The notes under the pieces: generated by a model
Seen by the model: the letters and a program-made list of their open reading frames with translations, nothing else
Told to the model about the DNA's origin: nothing
Databases searched by the model: none
Shown: positions 51,101-61,460 of the stretch, piece after piece
Layout of the letters: the number at the start of each line of letters is the position of its first letter
Position numbering within the stretch: the stretch's first letter is position 1
Source: Bacteroidia bacterium
GTDB taxonomy: Bacteria; Bacteroidota; Ignavibacteria; UBA10030
Length of the DNA: 64,000 nt
Reading direction: 5' to 3'
Assembly (NCBI GenBank): GCA_022180565.1
Contig: BQML01000002.1
Location: 273,824-337,823, forward strand
Made by a program: the position numbers and the translations under genes

Positions 51101-53758
51101 AGTCTCGGGGAACTGCGCGGCGATATCAGGGAATGGGAAGAGCTGATCCATCCGGATGACCGGGAAATGGCTTTGCACGAACTGGATCGCGCTATCGCCG
51201 CCATGAGACCGTACGATGTGGTCTATCGTTACCGGCGGAAGAATGGCTCGTATGCATGGATGCATGACCGCGGATTCGTGGTCCCCGATGAAACCGGCTG
51301 GGCTCACACGATGCTGGGGATGCTTGAGGACATTACCCAGGCCCGGGAACTCGAGTCGAAACTGCATTACTCCGAACTCAAGTATCGCCTGCTGTTTGAG
51401 CATGCGATTGATGCAGTTCTTGTCCTGAAGGGAGAAGTGATTGTGGAAAGCAATCCCCGGGCGCTTGAAATGTTCGGAGCGGCCAGGGAAGATCTCCTTG
51501 GCCAGACGCTCTATGCATTCACACCTCCCTATCAGAACGACGGGACCGAATCCAAAGCGGCTCTCTTAGCGCACCTTCGGGCAGGTCTCGAAGGAGAGCC
51601 CCGGAAGTTTACCTGGCGGCACATCCGCCGCAACGGAACGTCGTTCGAAGCTGAGGTGCGGATGATCCCGTTCGAATTGGAAGGCGAAAAACTGCTTCAG
51701 GTCCAGATCAGAGATATCACGGCGGAAGCGGAGGCGCAGGAGGAAATCGCCCGCTCGGAGGAAACCTACCGCCGGCTGATCCTTGAGGCCAGCGATGCCA
51801 TCCTGGTCAGCGACGGAGACGGCAGGTTGATCGAAGTCAACGACGCGGCGTGCACCATGCTCGGCTACAAACGCGAAGAGCTTCTGAAACTGTCGGTGGC
51901 GGAACTCTCGGACCTGCCGCGGGAAGAGGGCTTCGCGAGACACAGGAAATTCTATGCACGGCTCATCGCGGAAGACAGGGTGACAAATTCAGAACAGGTT
52001 CTGAAGCGTAAAGACGGAACGAGATTCCCGTGTGAAGTGAGCGCGGCACTCCTGGGGAACGGGCTTTTGCAGTCCATTCTTCGAGATGTGTCGGTCAAGA
52101 AACAGGAGGAGAAGGAGCTTGATACGATCTACACGCTCGCGACGACCACCCACGGCCTCGAACTGTTTGAGAAAGCCGCAACGGGAGTGGCAGAAATTCT
52201 TGGGATGCCCTATGTTTCGGTGGGAGAGATCATCGGCGGCCAGGTGAGAGTTCTCGTTCTCTACAACAAGGGCAAGCTCGAGCGAGGATTCTCTCACGCC
52301 CTTAAAGGATCACCCTGTGAGTACATTCTTTCCACCAAGGAGTCCTGTTTTCTGGAACAAGGGGCCGGAAAGCGATTTCACACGGACTCCCTGGTGCGGA
52401 ACTGGGGTATCGAATCCTTTGCAGGGGTGCCGATGCTCAACGGGCGGGGAGACGTTATCGGTATGGTCTCCGTGATGGACACAAAACCGCACGATTTTAC
52501 GGATCACGAAAAGAAAATGATCTCTGTGGTGGTGCAGAGGCTGGCGTCGGAACTTGATATGTTCGCGCAACGCAAACGCGAGGAACAACTTTCCCTCCAG
52601 CTCTTGCAGGCACAGAAGATGGAAAGTCTGGGAACCCTGGCGGGGGGTGTGGCGCACGATTTCAATAACATCCTGGGAGCCGTGATCGGCTACACGAATC
52701 TGATTCGCAAACGGCTCCCTGAAGAAGAGCAAATCTCGCGGTATCTCGAAGCGATCGAAAAATCCGCACAACGTGCGGCCTCGCTCTCCAAACAGCTTCT
52801 GAGCTTCTCGCACAAGTCCCAGGGAAAGATCGAACGCGTGGAGGTCAACAGCCTCGTCAGGGACACCATCCATATCCTTGAGAGTTCGTTCCCCAAGACG
52901 ATCGCGATCACGACCGACCTGGCCGACTCGCTTCCCCCTGTTCAGGGTGACGCGAACCTCCTGGGCCAGGTTGTGATGAACCTGTGCATCAATGCGCGCG
53001 ACGCGATCGCAGAAGGCCGCGGGCCGGAGGGTGGAGCGATCGCCATCACAACGTCGCGTCTGCAGGCTCCGGCAGGTTTTGTCGACGTTCATTTGTCGGC
53101 GTCTCCGGGGGAATATGTGAGTTTGAGCGTACGGGACAACGGGACAGGTATGAAGCCTGAAGTGAAGGAAAGAATTTTCGAACCGTTCTTTACGACCAAG
53201 AGCAAAGGAAGGGGTACGGGACTGGGACTCGCCATGGTGTACGGCATCGTCCGCAATCATGGCGGCTTCATCGATGTTCTGACAGAACAGGGGTTTGGAA
53301 CGGAATTCAAGGTCTATCTTCCCGCCAGTGGAGAGTTGCCTCCGTTCGAGGGGCCTGTGCAGGATGACATCGCCCGCGGAAACGGAGAGGTCTTGATGGT
53401 TGTCGAGGATGAGCCCATGCTCCGGGAACTGCTTGTGGATGTTCTGTCAGGGCATGGATACACGGCCGTCACGGCGGGAAATGGCAGGGAGGCAGTAGAG
53501 CAATACGCAAAGGAAAAGGAAAGGATTTCCCTCATCATTCTCGACATGATCATGCCGGAAATGGACGGCACGGCAACGTTTCGGGCTCTCCGTTCCGTCA
53601 ACCCGTCCCTGAAGATCCTTATTTCCAGTGGTTTTTCGCAGGACCGAAGTGTCCAGCAGCTGCTGTCCGAGGGAGCGTCAGGATTCATCGCGAAGCCGTA
53701 CCAAACCGACGAGCTTCTCAGAGAGGTCGCAAGCCAGCTTGGAGACAAACATGCGTGA
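48172..53758 (+). CDS. very large hybrid sensor histidine kinase (multiple GAF and PAS domains, HisKA, HATPase_c, C-terminal receiver), interrupted by an apparent +1 frameshift near 49384-49390
   Basis: Two overlapping ORFs (48172-49653 frame 1; 49247-53758 frame 3) that split one GAF domain: …[17 protein letters not shown] | [14 protein letters not shown]…; downstream HisKA motif (…VAHDFNNIL…), HATPase (…GTGLGLAMV…) and REC (…[12 protein letters not shown]…[12 protein letters not shown]…). Confidence 0.75.
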
Positions 53759-54668
53759 TATTTCGGGAAAACAGGAAACTCTTCGGAGGGCGCGGGCGCA
53801 GGCGGTGCTCAAAGCCCAAAAGGAAACGTTGGTTCTCCTTCGGGCTAACAATCTGCCGAAAGCCGATCCTCTCGTCGTTGCCAAAGTTGCGGCCGTCCAG
53901 GCGGCGAAGCAGACCAGCATCCTGATTCCGTACTGCCATCCTCTCCCTATCGATTTTGTCGACTGCCGCTTTGAAATCGGGAGTGACACCGTCACCGTGG
54001 AGACCGAGGTCAAGTCAATTTACAAGACGGGAGTGGAGATGGAAGCTCTTGCCGCGGTCTCAGCGGCGGCGCTGACACTCTATGATATGATGAAGGCGGT
54101 GGATGAATCAATGGAAATCTCCGGCATCAGGCTCCTTGAGAAGACGGGCGGAAAGTCGGATTTGCGGCGTCGGTCGCCATTGGGCCGCCGGTGTGTGATC
54201 CTTGTGTTATCTGACACAGTATCGGCGGGGCGAGGAAAAGATACGTCGGGTGCCGCGGCCGCTGAGCGACTCAGGGCAGAAGGATTCGTGGTGACAGATA
54301 TCATGGTGCTTCCTGACGACAGGACGGCGATCGAAGGCCGGCTCCGGGAGTATGCCGATTCGGGAAGCGTGGACCTGATTTTGACCACTGGCGGCACGGG
54401 CTTTGGGCCGAGGGATGTCACGCCCGAGGCCACGAAGGCAGTTATCGAGCGGGAGGCGCCGGGCCTTTCGGAAGCCCTGCGGGCTGCTGGGGTGCGGGTG
54501 ACACCGCTTGCCATGCTGTCTCGCGGGATCGCGGGCATTCGCGGCAAGACACTCATGGTGAATCTACCCGGCTCTGAGCGCTCTGTTCATGAGGGCCTTG
54601 ATCTTCTCCTGCCGGTGCTTCCGCACGTCTTCGCCACGATGGATGGAGGTGGACATGACCGGGAGTGA
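53751..54668 (+). CDS. moaC: bifunctional molybdenum cofactor biosynthesis protein: cyclic pyranopterin monophosphate synthase MoaC fused to a MogA/MoaB-type molybdopterin adenylyltransferase domain
   Basis: MoaC core (…ILIPYCHPLPID…, …KTGVEMEALAAVSAAALTLYDMMKAVD…) then MogA/MoaB (…DLILTTGGTGFGPRDVTPEA…); the ATG overlaps the kinase stop. Confidence 0.85.
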   Translation: MRDISGKQETLRRARAQAVLKAQKETLVLLRANNLPKADPLVVAKVAAVQAAKQTSILIPYCHPLPIDFVDCRFEIGSDTVTVETEVKSIYKTGVEMEALAAVSAAALTLYDMMKAVDESMEISGIRLLEKTGGKSDLRRRSPLGRRCVILVLSDTVSAGRGKDTSGAAAAERLRAEGFVVTDIMVLPDDRTAIEGRLREYADSGSVDLILTTGGTGFGPRDVTPEATKAVIEREAPGLSEALRAAGVRVTPLAMLSRGIAGIRGKTLMVNLPGSERSVHEGLDLLLPVLPHVFATMDGGGHDRE

Positions 54669-54704
54669 ATTGACGACTTGGACGGCCTGGTCCCACGCCC
54701 CCCC

Positions 54705-54749
54705 ACCTTTCCAAGGTACATATGTTTAACATTAGTACCTTGGAAAGGT
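54705..54749. repeat. 45-bp perfect dyad-symmetry element (15-bp arms ACCTTTCCAAGGTAC / GTACCTTGGAAAGGT around a 15-nt loop that itself contains the palindrome ATGTTtAACAT) upstream of carB
   Basis: Read directly; lies between the moaC-mogA stop (54668) and the carB start (54833); not followed by a T-run. Confidence 0.75.
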
Positions 54750-54832
54750 AAGCCCGATCGAGGAAGATATTGATTACAACGCACCGACTTCGTACATTAT
54801 TAAAATGACCATGAAAGGGACGACAACCGACA

Positions 54833-56305
54833 TTGCCGAAACGCACCGATATTAAGTCTATCCTCATTATTGGCTCCGGGCCCATTGTCATCGGTCAGGC
54901 CTGTGAGTTCGATTATTCCGGTACTCAGGCTTGCAAAGTGTTGCGCGAAGAAGGGTACCGGATTATTCTTATCAACAGCAATCCCGCTACGATCATGACC
55001 GATCCCGACCTCGCCGACGCCACCTACGTGGAGCCCATTACTCCCCAATTCGTCGAAAAAATTATCGAGCGCGAAGCTCCGGATGTGATTCTGCCGACGA
55101 TGGGCGGACAGACAGCTCTGAACACCGCCGTTGCCATCGCCGAAAGCGGTGTGCTGGAGACATATGGCGTCGAGTTGATCGGCGCAAAGCTCGAGGCAAT
55201 CAAGATGGCGGAGGATCGTGAGCTGTTCCAGGAGGCAATGGAACGGATCGGATTGGAAACAGCGCGGGGTGCCTTCGTCAAATCCATCGATCAAGCCATG
55301 GCCGTGGCGGAGCAGATCGGCTTGCCGATCATCATCCGGCCCTCGTTTACACTGGGCGGCACGGGCGGAGGCACGGCGTACAATATGGAGGAATTCCGCG
55401 AGAAGGTGGAACACGGTCTGACAAGCAGCCCCATCCACGAGGTGTTGATCGAGGAATCGGTGATCGGATGGAAGGAGTACGAATTGGAGGTGATGCGCGA
55501 TCTGAAAGACAATGTCGTTATCATCTGCTCGATAGAAAATGTCGATCCCATGGGCGTGCATACGGGGGACTCCATCACCGTGGCGCCGGCGCAAACGCTG
55601 ACGGACAAGGAATACCAGTCAATGAGAGATGCCGCGAGGAAAATCATTCGCGAGATTGGCGTCGAGACAGGAGGTTCGAACATCCAGTTCGCTGTAAATC
55701 CGCAGAATGGTCGGATGATCGTCATTGAAATGAACCCGCGCGTCTCGAGGTCCTCGGCCCTGGCATCGAAAGCTACGGGATTTCCCATTGCCAAGATCGC
55801 CGCAAAGCTCGCCGTCGGGTACACGCTGGACGAGATTCCGAATGACATCACCCGTCTCACCCCGGCCTCGTTCGAGCCGACCATCGATTATTGTGTGGTA
55901 AAAATCCCGCGCTGGGATTTCGAAAAATTTAAGGGTGTAGACGACACGCTGGGGATCCAAATGAAATCTGTGGGCGAAGCTATGGCCATCGGACGCACGT
56001 TCAAGGAAGCCTTTCAAAAGGCCTTGCGGTCGCTTGAACAGGGACGGCATGGATTGGGAGCCGACGGCAAGGATGTGCTCAACGCGGCCGAAATTCCCGA
56101 CGCCAAACGCCCCGAATGGCGCAAAAAGGTCATCGACCGCCTGAAGAAACCGAGGCCGGATAATGTGTTCTATCTCAGATATGCACTCCAGTTGGGCATC
56201 AGCGTTGAGGAACTCTATGAAACCACAAAGATCGACCGCTGGTTTCTGCACAACATCAGGCAAATCGTCGAGTTTGAGGACGAATTGAGGCAATTCGCAG
56301 TATGA
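54833..56305 (+). CDS. carB: carbamoyl-phosphate synthase large subunit, N-terminal half (split carB; carboxyphosphate domain plus part of the oligomerisation domain)
   Basis: …[24 protein letters not shown]…, ATP-grasp 1; ends within the oligomerisation domain (…[24 protein letters not shown]). Confidence 0.9.
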   Translation: MPKRTDIKSILIIGSGPIVIGQACEFDYSGTQACKVLREEGYRIILINSNPATIMTDPDLADATYVEPITPQFVEKIIEREAPDVILPTMGGQTALNTAVAIAESGVLETYGVELIGAKLEAIKMAEDRELFQEAMERIGLETARGAFVKSIDQAMAVAEQIGLPIIIRPSFTLGGTGGGTAYNMEEFREKVEHGLTSSPIHEVLIEESVIGWKEYELEVMRDLKDNVVIICSIENVDPMGVHTGDSITVAPAQTLTDKEYQSMRDAARKIIREIGVETGGSNIQFAVNPQNGRMIVIEMNPRVSRSSALASKATGFPIAKIAAKLAVGYTLDEIPNDITRLTPASFEPTIDYCVVKIPRWDFEKFKGVDDTLGIQMKSVGEAMAIGRTFKEAFQKALRSLEQGRHGLGADGKDVLNAAEIPDAKRPEWRKKVIDRLKKPRPDNVFYLRYALQLGISVEELYETTKIDRWFLHNIRQIVEFEDELRQFAV

Positions 56306-56441
56306 AGACCGTTGAAACACTCCTGCACCGCATTGCACGACTTAGGGCAGAGCTCCGGAAGATTCATCTCGATGCGCATGCCCGCCTGCCGGAGGTGCTC
56401 ACCGCAGGACAGATCGAACTCTAGAGAAAGAATACGGGGCT

Positions 56442-58325
56442 ATGAGTCCTAGAAAACAAAAACCCGAACGGGTTCCGTCCGACGTCCTGAGGCGAGCCAA
56501 GGAACTGGGCTTTTCCGACCGCCAACTTGCCCACCTCTGGGGAACGACCGAACTGACGGTCCGGGCCCTGAGAAAAGAATATAGGATACTTCCGGTGTAC
56601 AAGACCGTTGACACATGTGCGGCAGAGTTCGAAGCTCACACACCGTACCACTACTCAACATACGACCGCGAAAACGAATCGGTCGTGCACGACGGGGGCA
56701 AGAAAGTGATCATCCTCGGGGGCGGACCAAACCGCATCGGTCAGGGCATCGAGTTTGACTACTGCTGTGTACATGGAGTCATGGCGCTTGAGGAAGAGGG
56801 GATCGAGTCGATCATGATCAACTGCAACCCCGAGACCGTTTCAACCGATTATGACACAACCGACAAACTCTATTTTGAGCCGCTCACCCTCGAGGATGTC
56901 CTGAACATCTGTGACCACGAACGGCCGGACGGCGTAATTGTGAGCTTCGGCGGACAAACGCCGCTGAAGATTGCAAAAGCGCTGGAGGAGAACGGCGTGA
57001 AGATTCTGGGGACTTCGCCGGAGGGGATCGACCTCGCGGAAGACCGGGAACGATTCGGCGCCCTGCTCAGAAAGCTGAAGATCGCCCATCCGAAATACGG
57101 GACGGCCTACTCGGTGAGCAACGCCGTCCTGGTCGCCGAGCAGATTGGCTATCCTGTGCTTGTGCGTCCCTCATACGTGCTGGGCGGAAGGGCAATGGAG
57201 ATCTGCTACAACGGGGATGCCGTCCGGGAGTACATGAAGAAGGCAGTGGATGTCTCGCCGGAACACCCCGTGCTGATCGACCGTTTTCTCGAAGATGCTT
57301 TTGAGTTCGATGTGGATGCCGTCTGCGACGGGACCGATGTTCTGATCGGGGGCGTGATGGAACATATTGAAGAGGCCGGGATCCATTCGGGCGACAGCTC
57401 CTGTGTCATTCCGCCCTACATGATTCCGCCGGAGAGTTTGGAAGAAATCAAAGCGACAACCATCAAACTGGCGAAGGCCCTGAAGGTTGTCGGTCTCCTC
57501 AATGTTCAATTTGCGATGAAGGACCGTGTTGTCTACGTGCTGGAAGTAAATCCGCGGGCTTCCCGAACCGTACCGTTCGTGAGCAAAGCCATCGGCATTC
57601 CCCTGGCAAAAGTGGCTGCGAAGGTAATGGTCGGAAGAACCCTGGAGGAACTCGGGGTCAAGGATTTTGACTTCAGGACGTTGAAGCACATTTCTGTGAA
57701 GGAAGCCGTCTTCCCGTTCTCCAAGTTTCCACGAGTTCCCGTTTTTCTCGGACCCGAAATGCGTTCCACGGGAGAAGTCATGGGCATCTCGCATGCCTTT
57801 GGGGGAGCGATCGCAAAAGCCCAGATGAGCGCCGGCAATGCTCTACCGGAACAGGGAACGGTGTTCATCAGCGTCAATAACAGCGACAAGAACGAGATCA
57901 CCCTGGGAATTGCGCGGGAATTCGTCGAGCTTGGCTTCTCGCTTATCGCCACCGAAGGAACGGCTCGTTTCCTGAATGAAAATGGTGTGCCTTCGGAAAC
58001 AGTCTTCAAGGTTAACGAAGGGCGTCCGAATGTTGTGGATCTGATCAAGGATGGAAAGATTCAACTTGTCGTGAATACGCCGCTCGGCGAGGAATCTCGG
58101 TACGATGAATACGCCATAGGATGGGCCGCCATCGAACACAAAGTGTCTTTCATAACAACCCTCTCCGCTGCAGCAGCAGCCGTAAAAGCCATAGAACGTC
58201 AGAAAGAAGGAAACCTTGCTGTCCAAAGTATCCAGGAGTATCACAAAAAGGCCCCTCGAGAACAGCCTGAAACCCGCCAAAACCTGACCCCCGTCACGAA
58301 CAAAGCAACCCCGAATTCCGTCTAA
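56442..58325 (+). CDS. carB: carbamoyl-phosphate synthase large subunit, C-terminal half (split carB; carbamate-phosphorylation ATP-grasp plus MGS-like domain)
   Basis: …LPVYKTVDTCAAEFEAHTPYHYSTYD…, …VIILGGGPNRIGQGIEFDYCCVH…, MGS-like C-terminus; separate ATG 136 nt after the N-half stop. Confidence 0.9.
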   Translation: MSPRKQKPERVPSDVLRRAKELGFSDRQLAHLWGTTELTVRALRKEYRILPVYKTVDTCAAEFEAHTPYHYSTYDRENESVVHDGGKKVIILGGGPNRIGQGIEFDYCCVHGVMALEEEGIESIMINCNPETVSTDYDTTDKLYFEPLTLEDVLNICDHERPDGVIVSFGGQTPLKIAKALEENGVKILGTSPEGIDLAEDRERFGALLRKLKIAHPKYGTAYSVSNAVLVAEQIGYPVLVRPSYVLGGRAMEICYNGDAVREYMKKAVDVSPEHPVLIDRFLEDAFEFDVDAVCDGTDVLIGGVMEHIEEAGIHSGDSSCVIPPYMIPPESLEEIKATTIKLAKALKVVGLLNVQFAMKDRVVYVLEVNPRASRTVPFVSKAIGIPLAKVAAKVMVGRTLEELGVKDFDFRTLKHISVKEAVFPFSKFPRVPVFLGPEMRSTGEVMGISHAFGGAIAKAQMSAGNALPEQGTVFISVNNSDKNEITLGIAREFVELGFSLIATEGTARFLNENGVPSETVFKVNEGRPNVVDLIKDGKIQLVVNTPLGEESRYDEYAIGWAAIEHKVSFITTLSAAAAAVKAIERQKEGNLAVQSIQEYHKKAPREQPETRQNLTPVTNKATPNSV

Positions 58326-58329
58326 TTAC

Positions 58330-58358
58330 TTGACAAAAATCCCGTTTTGAAGTAGATT
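58330..58358 (+). promoter_or_regulatory. candidate sigma70-type promoter TTGACA - 17 nt - TAGATT upstream of the TPR-protein gene
   Basis: Hexamers and spacing read directly; no experimental support. Confidence 0.4.
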
Positions 58359-58442
58359 TTATCTTTATCAGCTTCATTTCATCCCCTACTTGAAGGCAGA
58401 TTGCCTAGCAGGTTGAAAAATCAATTGTGCTGGAGAACGCGG

Positions 58443-61400
58443 ATGCGGATCCTCGGATGGTGGGGAGTCTCTTTCCTTTCCTTCCTCCTCACGTCTTCCT
58501 CAGTGGCTCAGGTTCAGAACACCGCCAGGTCGGCATCGATGGCGGAGGAACAAGACTACGCGTTCGCGTACGGACTCTACGGTGACGGCCTGTATCAGCT
58601 CGCGGCTGAACAGTTTGAACAATTCCTCAAGAAATATCCTTCCAGCATCAAGCGCCTTGATGCATGGTACCTGAGCGTCGAATGCCGATTCCAGCAGCAG
58701 CAGTTCGATACGGCGGCCAGGTTGTTCGCGAAGTTTCTCACGGAGTATCCCGATTCCCGTCTGTCCGATGATGCGCTCCTCCGCCTGGGCGAAGCGCATA
58801 TCCGTCTGGGGAAGCCCGAAAGCGCGATTGCTCCTTTGAAAAGAATTCTCGATGAGTTCCCGGAGGGCGGCCTTGCGGCAGACGCGGCATATTGGACCGG
58901 CGAGGCTTTTGTGCGCCTCGGGGAGTACGAAAACGGAATTAAGTACTATTCGCTTGCGATTGAACATCCCGACAGCCGCCTGAGAGACTATGCCCTCTAT
59001 GCCATCGCATGGACATATCAAACGAAGAAAGACTACGCGAAGGCGATCGAATGGTACAGGAAGCTTCCCCTGCAATATCCCGATAGCGACCTCATTCCCG
59101 CATCGATGGTCCGGATCGGCGAGTGCTATTTTGGGATGCGTGAATTCCGAAAGGCCCTGGAGGAACTTTCTGCTTTGCGCGGAGAGATCAAGCGGGCAAA
59201 CGAGCTGGGAGAGGCGCTGTATCTCATTGCCGAATCGTACTATCATCTTGCAGAATACGAAGAAGCCCGCAAGGGCTATGAGAGCGTCCTTGCAACCGTC
59301 CCCGGTCACCGGCTGACACCGGATGTTCTCTACGCACTTGGATGGACATACATGAAGCTCGGCAATTTCGCCATGGCGGAAGCGACATTTGATCGGGTAA
59401 CGGGGACGGATGGTTCCCTTGCCGTCAGCGCACTGTTTCGGCGCGGGGTTGCCCAGAAGCTCGGCGGCAAGCCTGATGCAGCGCTTGAAACCTGGAGGCA
59501 AGTGCTCGAGCGGGATCCGACCGGCCCTGTTGCGGACAATGCGCTTTATGAGACCGGCATCCTCAAGTATGAGCGCGATGAAATCGCCGCGGCTGAGACG
59601 CTGTTCAATCGTGTGGTGCGGGAGTTTCCGGGGAGTGATGTCCGCGCTGATGCCTATCGGATGAAGGGGGAATGCCTGATTGCAAGGTCTGAATTCCAGG
59701 GCGCAAAAGAGGCATTTGCGGCCGCCGTCGCGGTGTCGGACGGATCTTTCGAAGCCCGATCGAACGCGCTTTACCAGCTTGGCTGGTCAGCCTTCAAGCT
59801 TGAAGAATTTCGGGGAGCGGTGGAGACATTCACGCAGTTCCTCGAACAGTACAAGGATCATCCGAAGGCTATGGAGGCCCGGTATTGGAGGGGGGAATCG
59901 TATTATCGGCTTGACGACTTCGGGAATGCATTGAAGGACTATGATGCCGTAGCGGCATCGCCGTCTTCCAAGCGCGAAGATGCCTTGTACGGAGCGGGCT
60001 ATGCTCTGTTCAAACAGGGGCAATATGATCAGGCGGCAAGAAGATTCAACCGCCTGGTAACGGACTACCCTACGGGAAAGTTCGGTTTTGATTCCCGCGT
60101 CCGGCTTGCAGACTGCTATTACTTCCTCAAGGATTACAAATCCGCCGAAACGGCCTATCGTACCGTCATTCGTCAGTATTCCGACCGGCCTGACAGAGAT
60201 TACGCGATGTATCAACTCGGTCAGACCGCGTACCGTCTCGGGAATCTCGATGAGGCCCTCCGCCAATTCCAGGCCATTATCGGGGACATTCCCGGCTCAT
60301 CGCTCGCCGATGATGCACAGTATGCCATCGGATGGCTCTGGTTTCAAGGGAAAAACTATGACGAGGCCATAAGGGAGTTCAGGGTTCTGCTTCAGAAATT
60401 TCCTTCGAGCGAGCTGGCGGCAAGAACCTTGTATAGCATTGGCGACGCCTACTACAATCAGCAAAACTATCCTTCGGCCGAACAGTCGTACCGTGAGGTT
60501 CTGAAGCGCTATCCCAAGAGCACCTATGTCGCCGATGCTATTTCGGGAATCCAGTACTGCCTTCTTGCACAGGGCAAACAGGAACAGGCCCTCGCAGTCA
60601 TTGATGCCTTTGTCCGCGACCATCCTGAATCGGCGGAGGCACAAGGCCTCCTGCTCAAGAAGGGCGACTTGCTCTTCAGCCAAAAGCAGTATGAAGCCGC
60701 GATTCGTGAATACCGGGATTTTGCGGACCGCTATGCCGCCTCGCCCCTGCACGCCAATGCCTTGTTCTGGATCGGCCGATCCTATGAGATGATGGGAAGG
60801 CTGCTGGATGCGGCGAATGCTTTCGACCGTGCGGCGAATGTCGGGACTGCGCCCGTCAGAGTTCGTGCCGAGGCATCCTTCCACAGCGGCGAGGCCTATC
60901 GTTTGCTCAAAAGCTACGAGAAAGCCGCTGAAGCGTTTGAAGCTGCGCGAAAACTCGGTGCGGGGACAACGATCGAAGCTGAGGCAGCTTACCGGCTTGG
61001 ATTGGTCAGCGATGAGCGGGGCGATATCGCAGACGCTCTGCAGAAGTATAACGACGTGATCGCCCGCTATTCAACCTCGGATCCTGCGGACAAGGCAAGA
61101 CTTTCGCTTGCGAGGATCTACATCCGAGAGACGAACTATGCCGATGCTGAGGTTCTCGCGGCGCAGGTTGCCACGAACAGAACGGACGCGATCGGGGCGG
61201 AAGCACAGTATCTTGTCGGATGGAGGTATGCACGCGAAGGTGATTGGGCCAATGCGATTCCCGCGTATTTGCGAGTCCGGTACATTTTCCCGGCACATGA
61301 GGAATGGCTTGCCAAAGCGACTCTGGGTCTGGGAGAGGCATATGAAGCCACGGGAGACGTCGGGCGTGCGCGCGAAGCCTATCAGACCGTCTCCAGGATG

Positions 61401-61460
61401 GAGCGGCAAAGGGATGCGGTGGCGGAGGCACAACGGCGATTGAGGAGATTGGCGCAGTGA
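58443..61460 (+). CDS. secreted tetratricopeptide-repeat protein (about 20 TPR/YbgF-like repeats)
   Basis: Signal peptide then repeated A/Y-rich TPR units (…DALYALGWTYMKLGNFAMAEATF…) throughout 1005 aa; start at MRILGWW (58443) preferred over the ORF start 58401. Confidence 0.8.
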   Translation: MRILGWWGVSFLSFLLTSSSVAQVQNTARSASMAEEQDYAFAYGLYGDGLYQLAAEQFEQFLKKYPSSIKRLDAWYLSVECRFQQQQFDTAARLFAKFLTEYPDSRLSDDALLRLGEAHIRLGKPESAIAPLKRILDEFPEGGLAADAAYWTGEAFVRLGEYENGIKYYSLAIEHPDSRLRDYALYAIAWTYQTKKDYAKAIEWYRKLPLQYPDSDLIPASMVRIGECYFGMREFRKALEELSALRGEIKRANELGEALYLIAESYYHLAEYEEARKGYESVLATVPGHRLTPDVLYALGWTYMKLGNFAMAEATFDRVTGTDGSLAVSALFRRGVAQKLGGKPDAALETWRQVLERDPTGPVADNALYETGILKYERDEIAAAETLFNRVVREFPGSDVRADAYRMKGECLIARSEFQGAKEAFAAAVAVSDGSFEARSNALYQLGWSAFKLEEFRGAVETFTQFLEQYKDHPKAMEARYWRGESYYRLDDFGNALKDYDAVAASPSSKREDALYGAGYALFKQGQYDQAARRFNRLVTDYPTGKFGFDSRVRLADCYYFLKDYKSAETAYRTVIRQYSDRPDRDYAMYQLGQTAYRLGNLDEALRQFQAIIGDIPGSSLADDAQYAIGWLWFQGKNYDEAIREFRVLLQKFPSSELAARTLYSIGDAYYNQQNYPSAEQSYREVLKRYPKSTYVADAISGIQYCLLAQGKQEQALAVIDAFVRDHPESAEAQGLLLKKGDLLFSQKQYEAAIREYRDFADRYAASPLHANALFWIGRSYEMMGRLLDAANAFDRAANVGTAPVRVRAEASFHSGEAYRLLKSYEKAAEAFEAARKLGAGTTIEAEAAYRLGLVSDERGDIADALQKYNDVIARYSTSDPADKARLSLARIYIRETNYADAEVLAAQVATNRTDAIGAEAQYLVGWRYAREGDWANAIPAYLRVRYIFPAHEEWLAKATLGLGEAYEATGDVGRAREAYQTVSRMERQRDAVAEAQRRLRRLAQ

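Noticed and set aside
50612-53260. - strand ORFs of 263 and 316 aa
   Set aside because: Antisense to the hybrid histidine kinase
54800-56338. - strand ORFs (264, 197 and 239 aa)
   Set aside because: Antisense to the carB N-half
58500-59501. 333-aa - strand ORF
   Set aside because: Antisense to the TPR-protein gene
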